Virus record (IMG/VR): IMGVR_UViG_3300032236_002285
Location: 248,001-312,000 of that record
Direction: 5' to 3' (one strand)
DNA length: 64,000 bases
Each line of letters starts with the position of its first letter. Within the stretch, counting starts at the first letter, position 1. Both the position numbers and the translations under genes were made by a program. The notes beneath the pieces were generated by a model. It was given only the letters and a program-made list of their open reading frames with translations, was not told the origin of the DNA and made no database searches. This document shows positions 24,307-34,456 of the stretch, piece by piece.

Positions 24307-25911
24307 ATGAATTTCATTGAAGAAAAAATAATTGAAAAAGGTAATCTTGATAAACTAACATTGAGATTTCCACCAGAACCAAATGGCTATTTACATATTG
24401 GTCACGCTAAATCCATTATCTTAAATTTTGGTTTAGCTGAAAAATATAATAGACCTTGTAACTTGAGATTTGATGATACTAACCCAACTACCGAAGATAC
24501 TCACTTTGTTGAGTCAATTATAAAAGATATAGAATGGTTAGGTTACAAACCCGCCAATATTTTCTATACATCTGATTATTTTGATTTTCTTTATGAATGT
24601 GCTATTACTTTAATTAAAAAAGGATTAGCTTATGTTGATGATTCAACATCAGAAGAAATTGCTAACTTAAAAGGAACACCAACTTCACCTGGTAAAGATT
24701 CACCTTATAAGTCAAGAAGTGTTGATGAAAATTTAGACCTATTTAATAGAATGAGATTAGGTGAATTTGTAGAAGGTTCTAAAATTCTTAGAGCTAATAT
24801 TGATATGACTTCTCCTAATATGATTTTAAGAGATCCAGTTCTTTATAGAATAATATCTAAGTCACACCACAGAACTGGTGATACTTGGAAGATTTATCCA
24901 ATGTATGACTTTGCTCATCCACTTTCAGATTATAAAGAAGGTATTACCGATTCTTTATGTACTTTAGAATTTGAAGTTCACAGACCTTTATATATGTGGG
25001 TTTTAGAAAATTGTGATTTAGAAAATCCGCTTCCAGAAGAAACTGAGTTTGCTCGTTTGAACATTGACTATACGGTTATGTCAAAGAGAAAATTAAAAAG
25101 ATTAGTTGAAGAAGGATTTGTAGATGGTTGGGATGATCCAAGAATGCCAACTATTTCTGGTTTAAGAAGAAGAGGTTTTACTCCAAATGCTATTAAAGAT
25201 TTTTGTGATAGAATTTCTGTTACAAGAAAAGATGGTATTGTTTCTTATTTACTTTTAGAAGAATGTTTAAGAACTGATTTGAACATAGTTACCAATAGAT
25301 TAATGGGTGTTATGGATCCAGTTAAGTTAGTTATTACTAATTGGGATAGCGGAACTGAAATGGTTGAAGTTGAAAATAATCCTGGTGATGAAAGTGCTGG
25401 TACAAGAATGATTCCTTTTAGTGGTGAACTATTTATTGAAAGAGAAGATTTCAGAGAAGAAGCTAATAATAAATTTCATAGATTGAAATTAGGTGGTGAA
25501 GTAAGATTAAAAGGCGCTTATGTTATTATGGCTAACGAAGTTATCAAAGATGAATTTGGAGAAATCACTGAGATTAGATGTACTTACGATCCTTTAACAA
25601 GATCAGGTATGTCTATTGAAAGAAAGATTAAAGGAACTATTCACTGGGTATCTGCTGAACACGGAGTTAGAATGAATGTAAATGAATATGATAGATTATT
25701 TAATGATGGATCACCAGATAAAAATGAAGATGATTTTATCAATTATATCAACCCAGATTCACTTATAATTAATGATAAGGCAATCTTTGAACCTCACGTT
25801 TTAAACGTCAAGGAACCAGTTCAAATGATGAGAAAAGGGTATTATATTTTAGATACTGATGGTAAAAGTTTCAATAAAACGGTAAGTTTAAAAGAAGGTT
25901 GGGTAGGTTAA
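24307..25911 (+). CDS. glnS: glutaminyl-tRNA synthetase
   Basis: RFPPEPNGYLHIGHAKS, RFDDTNP, IYPMYDFAH, SLCTLEF, VMSKRKL, GWDDPRMPTISGLRRRG; start moved to ATG 24307 (ORF-track start lies inside a tRNA). Confidence 0.95.
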   Translation: MNFIEEKIIEKGNLDKLTLRFPPEPNGYLHIGHAKSIILNFGLAEKYNRPCNLRFDDTNPTTEDTHFVESIIKDIEWLGYKPANIFYTSDYFDFLYECAITLIKKGLAYVDDSTSEEIANLKGTPTSPGKDSPYKSRSVDENLDLFNRMRLGEFVEGSKILRANIDMTSPNMILRDPVLYRIISKSHHRTGDTWKIYPMYDFAHPLSDYKEGITDSLCTLEFEVHRPLYMWVLENCDLENPLPEETEFARLNIDYTVMSKRKLKRLVEEGFVDGWDDPRMPTISGLRRRGFTPNAIKDFCDRISVTRKDGIVSYLLLEECLRTDLNIVTNRLMGVMDPVKLVITNWDSGTEMVEVENNPGDESAGTRMIPFSGELFIEREDFREEANNKFHRLKLGGEVRLKGAYVIMANEVIKDEFGEITEIRCTYDPLTRSGMSIERKIKGTIHWVSAEHGVRMNVNEYDRLFNDGSPDKNEDDFINYINPDSLIINDKAIFEPHVLNVKEPVQMMRKGYYILDTDGKSFNKTVSLKEGWVG

Positions 25912-26288
25912 ACTGCCTCCCATCTACCATCTGATAAAAATCTATATGAACCAATAAACTCAAATTTTGCCCATTGTTCCGGTGATATTAAAGAAAGAAA
26001 TTCTTCTCCATTTTTGGAGTAAAGATGATAAACTTCACCAGATATTGGTTCAAAATTATGCTTTGCTTTATAAAGTCTTTCATTTATTTTAATTTCAAGC
26101 ATTAGTGATTCGTATTCTTTAGCCATTTCTTCAAAACGAGCAGAGTAATATTTTTTTACTTTGCTTGTTTTTTCCAGCCTAAAAAGGTCGATGTTATCCG
26201 GTGAAAATTTTTGCGAGCCGATTTCCGTTGGATAGGTTTTAACCATTCTATCCACAACATAACTCATTGGTAATTTCTTATCTTGCAT
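25908..26288 (-). CDS. DUF2452-like protein
   Basis: TYPTEIGSQKF..FEPISGEVYHLY..FLSLISPEQW pattern recalled from Bacteroidota DUF2452. Confidence 0.55.
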   Translation of the reverse strand: MQDKKLPMSYVVDRMVKTYPTEIGSQKFSPDNIDLFRLEKTSKVKKYYSARFEEMAKEYESLMLEIKINERLYKAKHNFEPISGEVYHLYSKNGEEFLSLISPEQWAKFEFIGSYRFLSDGRWEAV

Positions 26289-26397
26289 ACAATTATATTA
26301 ATAATAACTATAATGTTTTTATAAGGTTATCATGATGTTTCATGAATTTAAATTTCCTATATTGTAAAATTATTATTATATTTGTGAATATATACAA

Positions 26398-26853
26398 TTG
26401 ATGCTCTGCGTTTATAAAATTAAATTTAATAAGTCACCTTTTGACCTTAATGATGACTATGAAAGACTTTCTGACATAGATAAGGAAAAGATTGCTGATA
26501 TGGAAGCAGAGTCATTTTTGGATTACGAGGAAGATGGTAGATATGCTTTCTTTATCATTGCTGAGCCAACTGAAGTTAAAAAATATACAAATGTTCTTAG
26601 TGAAAATTTAGTTCAATTTGAATTAAATAATATGTCTGATGATATATTAAAGGGAAATTTTAATATTGAAGACTCGGTTGGAAGTAAAGTAAAAACAATC
26701 AACTCGATGAAATATTCATTTTTTGTTGACGATTTGAAAGATTGGATATACAACAATTTAGATATTGATACTATATTAGATAGAATATCTTCTGTTGGAA
26801 TGGCATCTTTAACAGACGTAGAAAAGAAATTTTTAAAGAATTATAACTTATGA
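26398..26853 (+). CDS. hypothetical protein with C-terminal DUF6576-like helix bundle
   Basis: LDIDTILDRISSVGMASLTDVEKKFL. Confidence 0.5.
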   Translation: MMLCVYKIKFNKSPFDLNDDYERLSDIDKEKIADMEAESFLDYEEDGRYAFFIIAEPTEVKKYTNVLSENLVQFELNNMSDDILKGNFNIEDSVGSKVKTINSMKYSFFVDDLKDWIYNNLDIDTILDRISSVGMASLTDVEKKFLKNYNL

Positions 26854-27263
26854 ACTTATTTTTAGATGATATTAGAATTCCTGGAATGGCACACAATGCT
26901 AAGAAAGGATTAGGTCTTGACTATCTACCTACTAATAAATGGGTTATTGCTCGTGATTATTTTGAATTTGTTAATATAGTTGATAAACACTTTGACGAAA
27001 TTGAATTAGTTTCATTTGACCATGATTTGGCTTGTGTTAAAGATGGTATAGAATATACTGGTAAAACTGCTGTTGATTATTTAATCAACTATTGCTTAGA
27101 ACATAGTAAACAATTTCCTGATTGGTATGCTCATACTGATAACACTTCTGGTCGTCAAAACATCATTGGTGCTATTACCAACTATTTAAAAGTAGTTGAA
27201 GGCAAAGACCTTTCAGATTTTAGATATTATCATAATGGTATTGTTAATGGAAAATTTGTATGA
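26850..27263 (+). CDS. cyclic-phosphate-processing receiver-like domain protein
   Basis: LFLDDIRIP..SFDHDL..TG..HTDN motif pattern. Confidence 0.65.
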   Translation: MNLFLDDIRIPGMAHNAKKGLGLDYLPTNKWVIARDYFEFVNIVDKHFDEIELVSFDHDLACVKDGIEYTGKTAVDYLINYCLEHSKQFPDWYAHTDNTSGRQNIIGAITNYLKVVEGKDLSDFRYYHNGIVNGKFV

Positions 27264-27571
27264 ACTTTATCACAAAACACTTAATTGAAAAAATTGGCGA
27301 ACAGATTAGACAAAAACAATCTATTCTAAAACATAACCACTTTTATTACTTTGATGAACCTATTAAAGATGGTAAAAAGCATAAAAGAGTTATAGATAGA
27401 GTTGATAGGTCTTATCCTTACGTTAAGAATGAAATTTTACCAATTACTTGGTATGCTTTAGATGCTTCTTCTTTAAGAGAGCTTTACATGAAATTAAAAT
27501 ATAACCAGTTTTACATCTATAAAAAATTAGAAGATGGTAAAAGCTATAAAACAAGAATTAAAAACAAATGA
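27260..27571 (+). CDS. hypothetical protein
   Basis: Overlapping start/stop within an operon. Confidence 0.55.
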   Translation: MNFITKHLIEKIGEQIRQKQSILKHNHFYYFDEPIKDGKKHKRVIDRVDRSYPYVKNEILPITWYALDASSLRELYMKLKYNQFYIYKKLEDGKSYKTRIKNK

Positions 27572-28278
27572 TAGTAGGAAAAAGCTTTAAATATTGCACT
27601 GATTATGATTACAACACATATCGTGATTGTAGTAATCATGGGTGTGATGATGAAGGAATTTGTCGTTGTGGAACTATTGAAAATGCTCATATCATTTCAG
27701 TAAACATACCTTCAATGGTTGATGAAATATATTCAGAATATTTTGATAATAGTTTAGCTTCTAAAAGAAACTCTACTATCAATAATATATTAGGTGGTGT
27801 TTCTAAAGAAATTGATATTTATACCATTGATAGGATTTTAAGAATCAATGGTGCCTATGAACCATCTAATTGGGATATTCAAATTTGTGGTGGATATTAT
27901 GGTCAAGAAATTGACGATATTCTTTTAGAAGATAGTATTGCTAGAAAAGTTGAGGACCAAATCAATGAAGCTTTTTCAATTATTGATTTAACATCAAGAG
28001 TTGAATATCTTTTAACTTTGGAATATGGAGAGGTTTTACCTGCTTTAAAAGGTCGTCAATATTCAATTGAAATGGTTGAAAGAGATAGTATCATTTTTGG
28101 TTCAGATGAACATTATAGAAAAGTAAATACTAAAAACCTTGACCATTATTCTGATAAGAATTATGAAGGTATTAGAGGTATTGCTTTAGTTAAAGACAAT
28201 AAATTCAGATTGATTGATGGTTATCACCGTTGTTCAACATCTGAGAACATTAAGATTAAACTTTTAATCGCAAAATAA
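27568..28278 (+). CDS. protein with C-terminal ParB-like nuclease motif
   Basis: FRLIDGYHR. Confidence 0.5.
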   Translation: MIVGKSFKYCTDYDYNTYRDCSNHGCDDEGICRCGTIENAHIISVNIPSMVDEIYSEYFDNSLASKRNSTINNILGGVSKEIDIYTIDRILRINGAYEPSNWDIQICGGYYGQEIDDILLEDSIARKVEDQINEAFSIIDLTSRVEYLLTLEYGEVLPALKGRQYSIEMVERDSIIFGSDEHYRKVNTKNLDHYSDKNYEGIRGIALVKDNKFRLIDGYHRCSTSENIKIKLLIAK

Positions 28279-28721
28279 TGATTGATTTTTTTCATAGTGG
28301 AAGTCAAGTAGGATTTGTAATCAACGGTGTTGGTGGTGCAATCCTACTTTTTTATATATTGATAGAACTATCTATGGTGGTTGTAACTGGTACATTTTTA
28401 TGGCGTAAGTTATTAATTGCTTTTAATGTTCATAGACAAGTAAAGTCAACTATCCCAAGGTGGTGGAAGATTGATAGAATATCAATTATAACAATTGTTA
28501 AGAAAAAGAATAATCTTTTATCTTGGGATTACGAATGTTATGTTCATGTTAGTTCTAATTATATTGAGGGAGTTTGGACAAATGACCATGTAAAAACTAA
28601 TAGTTGGGGAAAAATTTTAAAGTGTGACCTTTTTGATGATATTAAAACTATTGATTCAAGACACGGTGATAAAGTAAAACAGTATAATAGAGATAATACA
28701 TTAGATAAACTTGGAATTTAG
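28278..28721 (+). CDS. membrane protein with C-terminal RDNTLDKLGI motif
   Basis: N-terminal hydrophobic helix; shared C-terminal motif. Confidence 0.55.
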   Translation: MIDFFHSGSQVGFVINGVGGAILLFYILIELSMVVVTGTFLWRKLLIAFNVHRQVKSTIPRWWKIDRISIITIVKKKNNLLSWDYECYVHVSSNYIEGVWTNDHVKTNSWGKILKCDLFDDIKTIDSRHGDKVKQYNRDNTLDKLGI

Positions 28722-30613
28722 TTCCAAGTTTCATTATCTAAGTCTTCTTTTCTATCTTCACACTTAGCTCTTAACATAGAAATTCTATCTCTATATTCTT
28801 GTTCTTCTTTATTGTCAAACTTGATTCTTAACTGACCTTTATCATTTAAGATATCGTCATACTTATTATATAATTTATCAACTCTTTCAATAAGAACATC
28901 TAAGAACTCACTAATACTTTCAGTATAAGTAAACCAATCAATTACTCTTTTCTCTTCACCATCAACAGATTGTTCTATTAAAGCATAACCTAAAGCTTTA
29001 GCATCTATTTCAGTTAGATATTCAACTCCTGTTATATCAACAGCATTACTATCTTTAGCTTCTTCTATCTTATAAACCTCAGTTGCGAATTTCTTAGGAA
29101 TGTAATTACCTTTATAATCAACAACTAATAAATCTTGACTTATGTAACTATAGCTAGACCAGTCGCTAAATTTATCAGATATTTTATCAAACCAAAACCA
29201 ATCAGTGTCTATTAGAGTAATATTGTTATCACCTTCATACATATATTTATCACCAGGACTTGGTACATCACCATCACTATAAATCTCAGTAACTACTCTT
29301 ACAGCGGTTTGATCGTATAACATTCTACGTTCAATATCAGACCAAACACCATCATCTACATGGAAATATTCATCATGATCTTCATCATAGAATATATCAT
29401 CATAGTCTTCTGGGTACCAACCTTGTCTTCTTCTACTACTTGCTCTTCTAACTTCAACCGATCTATCCAGGATTAAATAATCATCAAGAGGGTCTGACCA
29501 AATAGCATCATCTTCAGAAATTCTTCTATCATACCATTCAGAGTAAACACCACCTTCAATTTCTTGATATCCACCACCAGTATCTTCTAAAATATACTGA
29601 CCTTCATAGTCTTTATCTTGTTCATCATCATTGTGTAAAATGCCATTACTAACATCATATCTTCTAAAAGTATCCATATAAGGGTATCTGTTGTAATCTT
29701 TATCTTTAACCTTAACCGTCATCTGAACATTTTTAACTTCATCATTTATAGTAACCGTTGAATAACTATGATGGTTATTATATGATTTATAACACCAACC
29801 TTGTTCTTTAGCATAGTTTTTGAATTTTTGAACATCAGAGTCTTTAATAGTATATTGTCTATCCATAAAATACTCAACACCTTCAATAACATCACTACCT
29901 CTTTTTATAGATGATAATTTCCAAACCAAAGCTCTGCCTAATATTTTATCATCTTCTTTAAGTATTAATAATTTACAAACATCTTGGTTTTGAGTATAGA
30001 TTCCAAATAAACCTCTTTTTTTAGCCATACAAGATGAACCTAATGTACCACCTTCTTCTTTATAATTCTCATACCAGTACCAATATTCAATATCTTCGCC
30101 TTCAACTAAATCAAAATGCTCTCCAGTTTTTTCTAAAGAAGCTTTAAATGAATTTACAAAATCTTGTCTTTGTTTATCATTATATTTTCCGGGAAATAGT
30201 TTATTAACAAACTTACCTAATGCTACTTCGTTTCTTGATTTAGTAAATACTCCAGAAGCGTCAGGTGTTTTATTCATATCAAACTCATGTAAGTCATTTG
30301 AATAAGTCTGAGGATCTGGCATTGCCTTGTTATCAATGTTTATAGACCAATCTATATCAGGATATTTAGCATTAATCAACGGCTTAGCATTTCTCATTGT
30401 TATAAAAGAAAGATAACCTTCTTTACCTAAATCAATAAAAGTCATATCAGGCTTTACATCGGTACCTTCTGAATTTAATAATTCAGCCGCAATATCATTA
30501 TTCTTTATTCTACTAAGAGCTTTTCTAACATTTGGTGAGTAATACAAAAAAGACTCATTGATAGCCTTTTCTAATAATAAATCTTCAATAAAACTATTAT
30601 AATTTGAAATCAT
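28718..30613 (-). CDS. large putative head-internal protein (tag family)
   Basis: MISNYNSFIEDLLLEKAINES; late motif at 30620-30628; LGSSCM..GRALVW..MDRQY core; acidic C-terminal half. Confidence 0.5.
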   Translation of the reverse strand: MISNYNSFIEDLLLEKAINESFLYYSPNVRKALSRIKNNDIAAELLNSEGTDVKPDMTFIDLGKEGYLSFITMRNAKPLINAKYPDIDWSINIDNKAMPDPQTYSNDLHEFDMNKTPDASGVFTKSRNEVALGKFVNKLFPGKYNDKQRQDFVNSFKASLEKTGEHFDLVEGEDIEYWYWYENYKEEGGTLGSSCMAKKRGLFGIYTQNQDVCKLLILKEDDKILGRALVWKLSSIKRGSDVIEGVEYFMDRQYTIKDSDVQKFKNYAKEQGWCYKSYNNHHSYSTVTINDEVKNVQMTVKVKDKDYNRYPYMDTFRRYDVSNGILHNDDEQDKDYEGQYILEDTGGGYQEIEGGVYSEWYDRRISEDDAIWSDPLDDYLILDRSVEVRRASSRRRQGWYPEDYDDIFYDEDHDEYFHVDDGVWSDIERRMLYDQTAVRVVTEIYSDGDVPSPGDKYMYEGDNNITLIDTDWFWFDKISDKFSDWSSYSYISQDLLVVDYKGNYIPKKFATEVYKIEEAKDSNAVDITGVEYLTEIDAKALGYALIEQSVDGEEKRVIDWFTYTESISEFLDVLIERVDKLYNKYDDILNDKGQLRIKFDNKEEQEYRDRISMLRAKCEDRKEDLDNETWN

Positions 30614-30692
30614 ACAAACTATATATTAATTTTATATTGGTAAATTAATAAATATATCATATCTTTGTAAGACAAAAAATTATACACAATTA

Positions 30693-31298
30693 ATGGCAAC
30701 TATAAAAAAGTTCAACCAATTTAACACATCTGAATGGATAGGACCTTTAACAATCCTCGATATTAAGGATAATATCGTTTATACTAACTTTGGTAATTTC
30801 TCTAATAAGTCAGAAAATAAATTAACTATAGGCTACTCTTATATTTTAAGAGTTGTAGGTAATGATATTGTTGATACAGGAATGTCCTGTGTTGACTTAG
30901 TTGTTTTAGTAGATACTGGAACAAATTATAAAATTCTTTCTATTAAGCGTGGTAAAGAACCATTCAAAGGAATGTGGGCTAATCCAGGTGGTAACATTGA
31001 TGAAGGTGAGATACCTTTAGATGCCGCAATCCGTGAGTTAGAAGAAGAAACAGGACTTCTTATACATCCTAGAGACTTTACTTACGTTGGTGCCTTTGAT
31101 AAGCCTTATCGTGACCCTAGAAATAAAAACTGTGTTAGTCATGCTTTTGCTACTGTCTTAGATGAAATCCCAGAAGTTGTAGCTGGTGATGATGCTACAG
31201 AATGTACTTGGAATGATGTTAGTTATGACGGTGATGTAACCGTTGATATGGCATTTGACCACGCAGAAATAATTAAAAAATCAATTCAATCAATTTAA
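30693..31298 (+). CDS. NUDIX hydrolase
   Basis: PGGNIDEGEIPLDAAIRELEEETG Nudix box; MAFDHAEII. Confidence 0.9.
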   Translation: MATIKKFNQFNTSEWIGPLTILDIKDNIVYTNFGNFSNKSENKLTIGYSYILRVVGNDIVDTGMSCVDLVVLVDTGTNYKILSIKRGKEPFKGMWANPGGNIDEGEIPLDAAIRELEEETGLLIHPRDFTYVGAFDKPYRDPRNKNCVSHAFATVLDEIPEVVAGDDATECTWNDVSYDGDVTVDMAFDHAEIIKKSIQSI

Positions 31299-31299
31299 T

Positions 31300-31788
31300 A
31301 TGAATTTAAAATACTTAAAAGAACCATTTGTTATTATCCTTATCGGACCACCTCTTTCGGGTAAATCAACTTGGATTAGAGAAAACTTTCCAACGACTGA
31401 AGTAATTAGTCGTGATGAAACCGTTATGGAAGTATATGGTTCAAGAAACTATACAGAAGCATTTAACAATGTTGATCAAAAAGAAGTAGATAGAGTTTTA
31501 ACTCAAAAGTTTATTGATGCTAATGAGGCTAAGAAAAATGTGATTGTTGATATGACTCATATGGCTTCTAAACGTAGAAAGCAAAATCTAAACTATTTTT
31601 CTGATGATTACTATAAGTTGGGTGTTATCTTTCCTATTTTATCAGATGAAGAATATGAAAGAAGAAACAAAAAAAGAATTGAAGAGGAAAACAAAGATCT
31701 TCCAATGAGAATTGTAAAGAATATGATTTCTTCTTATCAACCAATTCAACCAGATGAAGATTTTAACAAAGTAATAACATTAAAATAA
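31300..31788 (+). CDS. P-loop kinase, AAA_33 / T4 polynucleotide-kinase-like
   Basis: LIGPPLSGKSTW..ISRD..VIVDMT..RR. Confidence 0.75.
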   Translation: MNLKYLKEPFVIILIGPPLSGKSTWIRENFPTTEVISRDETVMEVYGSRNYTEAFNNVDQKEVDRVLTQKFIDANEAKKNVIVDMTHMASKRRKQNLNYFSDDYYKLGVIFPILSDEEYERRNKKRIEEENKDLPMRIVKNMISSYQPIQPDEDFNKVITLK

Positions 31789-31793
31789 AATAT

Positions 31794-32120
31794 ATGTCAA
31801 GTACATTCGACGCATTGGTAGAAGCTATACAGGCTTCTGGTAAAAAATTTAACGAGATTGGTAAAGAATCTATTTTTGCTTATCTTCAAAAACAAGGTGA
31901 ACCTAAAAGCACATGGGATTCTACTTATCAAAAACTAAATGATATGTTTACTCCAACTAAAAAGAAATCTAACTTATCAAGTGCTGGAAATTCTGGAACT
32001 TCTATGATGGTAGATACACATGTGTCTGTTGTTGATTATTCAGACTCATCACACAATGATGTTAAGACTAGACAACCAAGGAAGTCAATTTTTTCTGAGA
32101 TAAAGAAAGTAGCTGGGTAA
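31794..32120 (+). CDS. hypothetical protein
   Basis: 108-aa ORF in operon; hairpin terminator at 32133-32167. Confidence 0.55.
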   Translation: MSSTFDALVEAIQASGKKFNEIGKESIFAYLQKQGEPKSTWDSTYQKLNDMFTPTKKKSNLSSAGNSGTSMMVDTHVSVVDYSDSSHNDVKTRQPRKSIFSEIKKVAG

Positions 32121-32216
32121 AAGAAATTATTTAATCATAGGCATACTATAAGTGTGCCTATGATTTTGTATTTTAAAAAGTATTTATTATATTTGTATTT
32201 CAAATAAAATATATAC

Positions 32217-32579
32217 ATGACTGATTTTATCTCTACATACTCTCTGAACACTAATGAAATTAACAAATTGGTTGATTTTGATTGTGTAAAATCAGATAGA
32301 TGGATTGATTTAGTACTTGAAAATGAAGGTCAATTTAGTAGAACTGGTGAGTTCATGGCATTCGATATAGATGGTGTGGAATTAGTTATATTTTATAATT
32401 TATCTGTATATGGTAAAATAGAATATGATAGAGGTGATTATTGGACACCACCATATTGTGATGTTGATATCACTGGTGAATCTATTGATGTGAATCAAGT
32501 TATCTTAGATAACTATGATATTGAGTTAACAAAAGAACTCAAAGATTCATTTTCAAAAGTAATTAAAAATAATTTATAA
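32217..32579 (+). CDS. hypothetical protein
   Basis: TATATTTG box ~20 nt upstream. Confidence 0.55.
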   Translation: MTDFISTYSLNTNEINKLVDFDCVKSDRWIDLVLENEGQFSRTGEFMAFDIDGVELVIFYNLSVYGKIEYDRGDYWTPPYCDVDITGESIDVNQVILDNYDIELTKELKDSFSKVIKNNL

Positions 32580-32581
32580 TT

Positions 32582-32908
32582 ATGGCAAATGTTTATTTTG
32601 ATAAGGAAAATTACGGTAACTGGGTAGTTTATGAATTAGAAGACTACTATAATTTTAAAGCCGTTAACTATCAAACAAATGAAGAATCAAATCATATTTT
32701 ATCTTGGTCTAGAAATTATGATGAATCTGATTTAAGTGATAATGTAGATAGAATCTATGATGTAGAAATAGATGAAGTAAAATATTATTTTCTTTTTTGT
32801 AAAAATAATAAAGGCTGGGATTTAATCTCAGAAGATCCAAGTAAATTAGAACTACTTATAAAAGAAAAAGGTTTATTTTTTACTGGTGAGACTAAGATAG
32901 TTGAGTAA
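32582..32908 (+). CDS. hypothetical protein
   Basis: Co-oriented acidic ORF. Confidence 0.5.
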   Translation: MANVYFDKENYGNWVVYELEDYYNFKAVNYQTNEESNHILSWSRNYDESDLSDNVDRIYDVEIDEVKYYFLFCKNNKGWDLISEDPSKLELLIKEKGLFFTGETKIVE

Positions 32909-33730
32909 GTTATCCATCAATTGGTCAGCTCTTTCAAAAAATTCTTTATTCTTTAATACTTTTATATTCGCTGTATAATAGTCAACTCCTTTATTTACAT
33001 AAAATGATTGTACCAATTCATCAGGTACATAAACACCGGAATACTTTAATTGATTTATAAAAGGCATAACAACATTTTTAGGATTGTGTGAAAAGCCATC
33101 ATCCATAATATCATATGAATCCGGTAATTCTCTATCGTGATAATCATCGGCACCATCATCACCATGTACATAAAACCCCGCAACTTTACCTTCTAAATGA
33201 TTTCTTAAAAGACTATCAAATTTTCTAGACTTTGATAGTTTACCAGTCACCTCGGCATTTTTAATATTCTCTCTACCCAATACATTAATAGCATCCCAAA
33301 CATTCATAGTTAAGTTAGAACAAACTAAACGATCAAACATTGTTTTAACTTGAGCTGATAAAGAATGCCAATGAACAGGTGAAACAATTATAAAAGCATC
33401 ACATTCTTGTAATAGATTATAAACATCTAATTCGTGTAGTAAGTCAGGTACTTTTTGGTCACCTTTGTTATAACAAGAACAAGGAAAGTGACAATGATAA
33501 CCACCCGCAGTTGAAACACAACCTTTACAAGGTTGAATAGTTGGCTTCTTATATTGATTAACAGAAAGGTCTATAAGTTTGAAGTTAATAAAAGGAGACC
33601 ACTCTTCTAAAATATAATCAACAATAACATGACTTTTAGAGTCCATGCCAGGACAAGTATCTTTATCTCTTGGAGAACCTTGAAATAAAACGACATTTGG
33701 TTTTTTGTCACCGAGCTTTCTAATAATCAT
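32873..33730 (-). CDS. flavodoxin-fold NADPH-dependent FMN reductase / iron-sulfur flavoprotein
   Basis: FQGSPR, IQPCKGC..HCHFPCSC, DAFIIVSPVHWHSLSAQVKTMFDRL; late motif at 33736-33744. Confidence 0.8.
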   Translation of the reverse strand: MIIRKLGDKKPNVVLFQGSPRDKDTCPGMDSKSHVIVDYILEEWSPFINFKLIDLSVNQYKKPTIQPCKGCVSTAGGYHCHFPCSCYNKGDQKVPDLLHELDVYNLLQECDAFIIVSPVHWHSLSAQVKTMFDRLVCSNLTMNVWDAINVLGRENIKNAEVTGKLSKSRKFDSLLRNHLEGKVAGFYVHGDDGADDYHDRELPDSYDIMDDGFSHNPKNVVMPFINQLKYSGVYVPDELVQSFYVNKGVDYYTANIKVLKNKEFFERADQLMDNLLNYLSLTSKK

Positions 33731-33767
33731 ATTTGTATATATTAATTATTTTTACTATCTTTGCCTT

Positions 33768-34196
33768 ATGAAAGTTAGTTTTGATTTTGATAATACGTTA
33801 TCTCGAAAGGATGTTCAAGAGTTTGCCAAAGAGTTGGTGAATGAAGGGCACGAAGTTTGGATTGTTACTTCTAGGTTTGATGATGAAACTGCTGAAAAAA
33901 ACCTTAATAAATCTGGTCTTTTTGCCGGTGTTGTTAATCAAAACCAAAAACTTTTTAAGGTTGCTGAACAATGTGGCATTAAAAAAGAGAATATTCAATT
34001 TACTTGTATGGAATCTAAATCTTTATTTTTAGAAGGTAAAGGATTTATATTTCATTTAGATGATGATGATATTGAGTTGATGGATATTCATGAAAATAAT
34101 AAATTTACTGGTTATAAATGTTTTCCAGTTCATGTTGACCATTTTGAGTGGAAAGAAACTTGTAAAGATATTTTGAAAAAAAGTTTGGCGGAATAA
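33768..34196 (+). CDS. HAD-superfamily-like protein
   Basis: MKVSFDFDNTL (DxD), IVTSR, HLDDD; start moved to ATG 33768. Confidence 0.7.
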   Translation: MKVSFDFDNTLSRKDVQEFAKELVNEGHEVWIVTSRFDDETAEKNLNKSGLFAGVVNQNQKLFKVAEQCGIKKENIQFTCMESKSLFLEGKGFIFHLDDDDIELMDIHENNKFTGYKCFPVHVDHFEWKETCKDILKKSLAE

Positions 34197-34214
34197 AAAA
34201 TTGTTGTATCTTTG
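34184..34214 (+). promoter_or_regulatory. Bacteroidota sigma70-type promoter
   Basis: TTTG (34184) - 19 nt - TATCTTTG (34207-34214). Confidence 0.7.
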
Positions 34215-34249
34215 TGTAACAAAAAGAGAACACAATGATTAAATAATAA

Positions 34250-34354
34250 ATGAAAACAATTTTCGTAATTAAATTATTTGTAATTCTAGGAATTACAAGT
34301 ATGGGTCCGAAAAACTATTCTTACTCTATAACATTGGCGACACGGTGCCGATAA
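34250..34354 (+). CDS. small ORF, 34 aa with hydrophobic N-terminus
   Basis: MKTIFVIKLFVILGITSMGPKNYSYSITLATRCR, first ORF after the promoter. Confidence 0.35.
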   Translation: MKTIFVIKLFVILGITSMGPKNYSYSITLATRCR

Positions 34355-34456
34355 TGGAAGAAAAACAAATTAGAGTGGATATTTATCCAAATTCTAAAAA
34401 GTGATAAAAATTTGCGGTTTTTTACAACTTTTGAAAATCGTAAAGTATAACATAAA

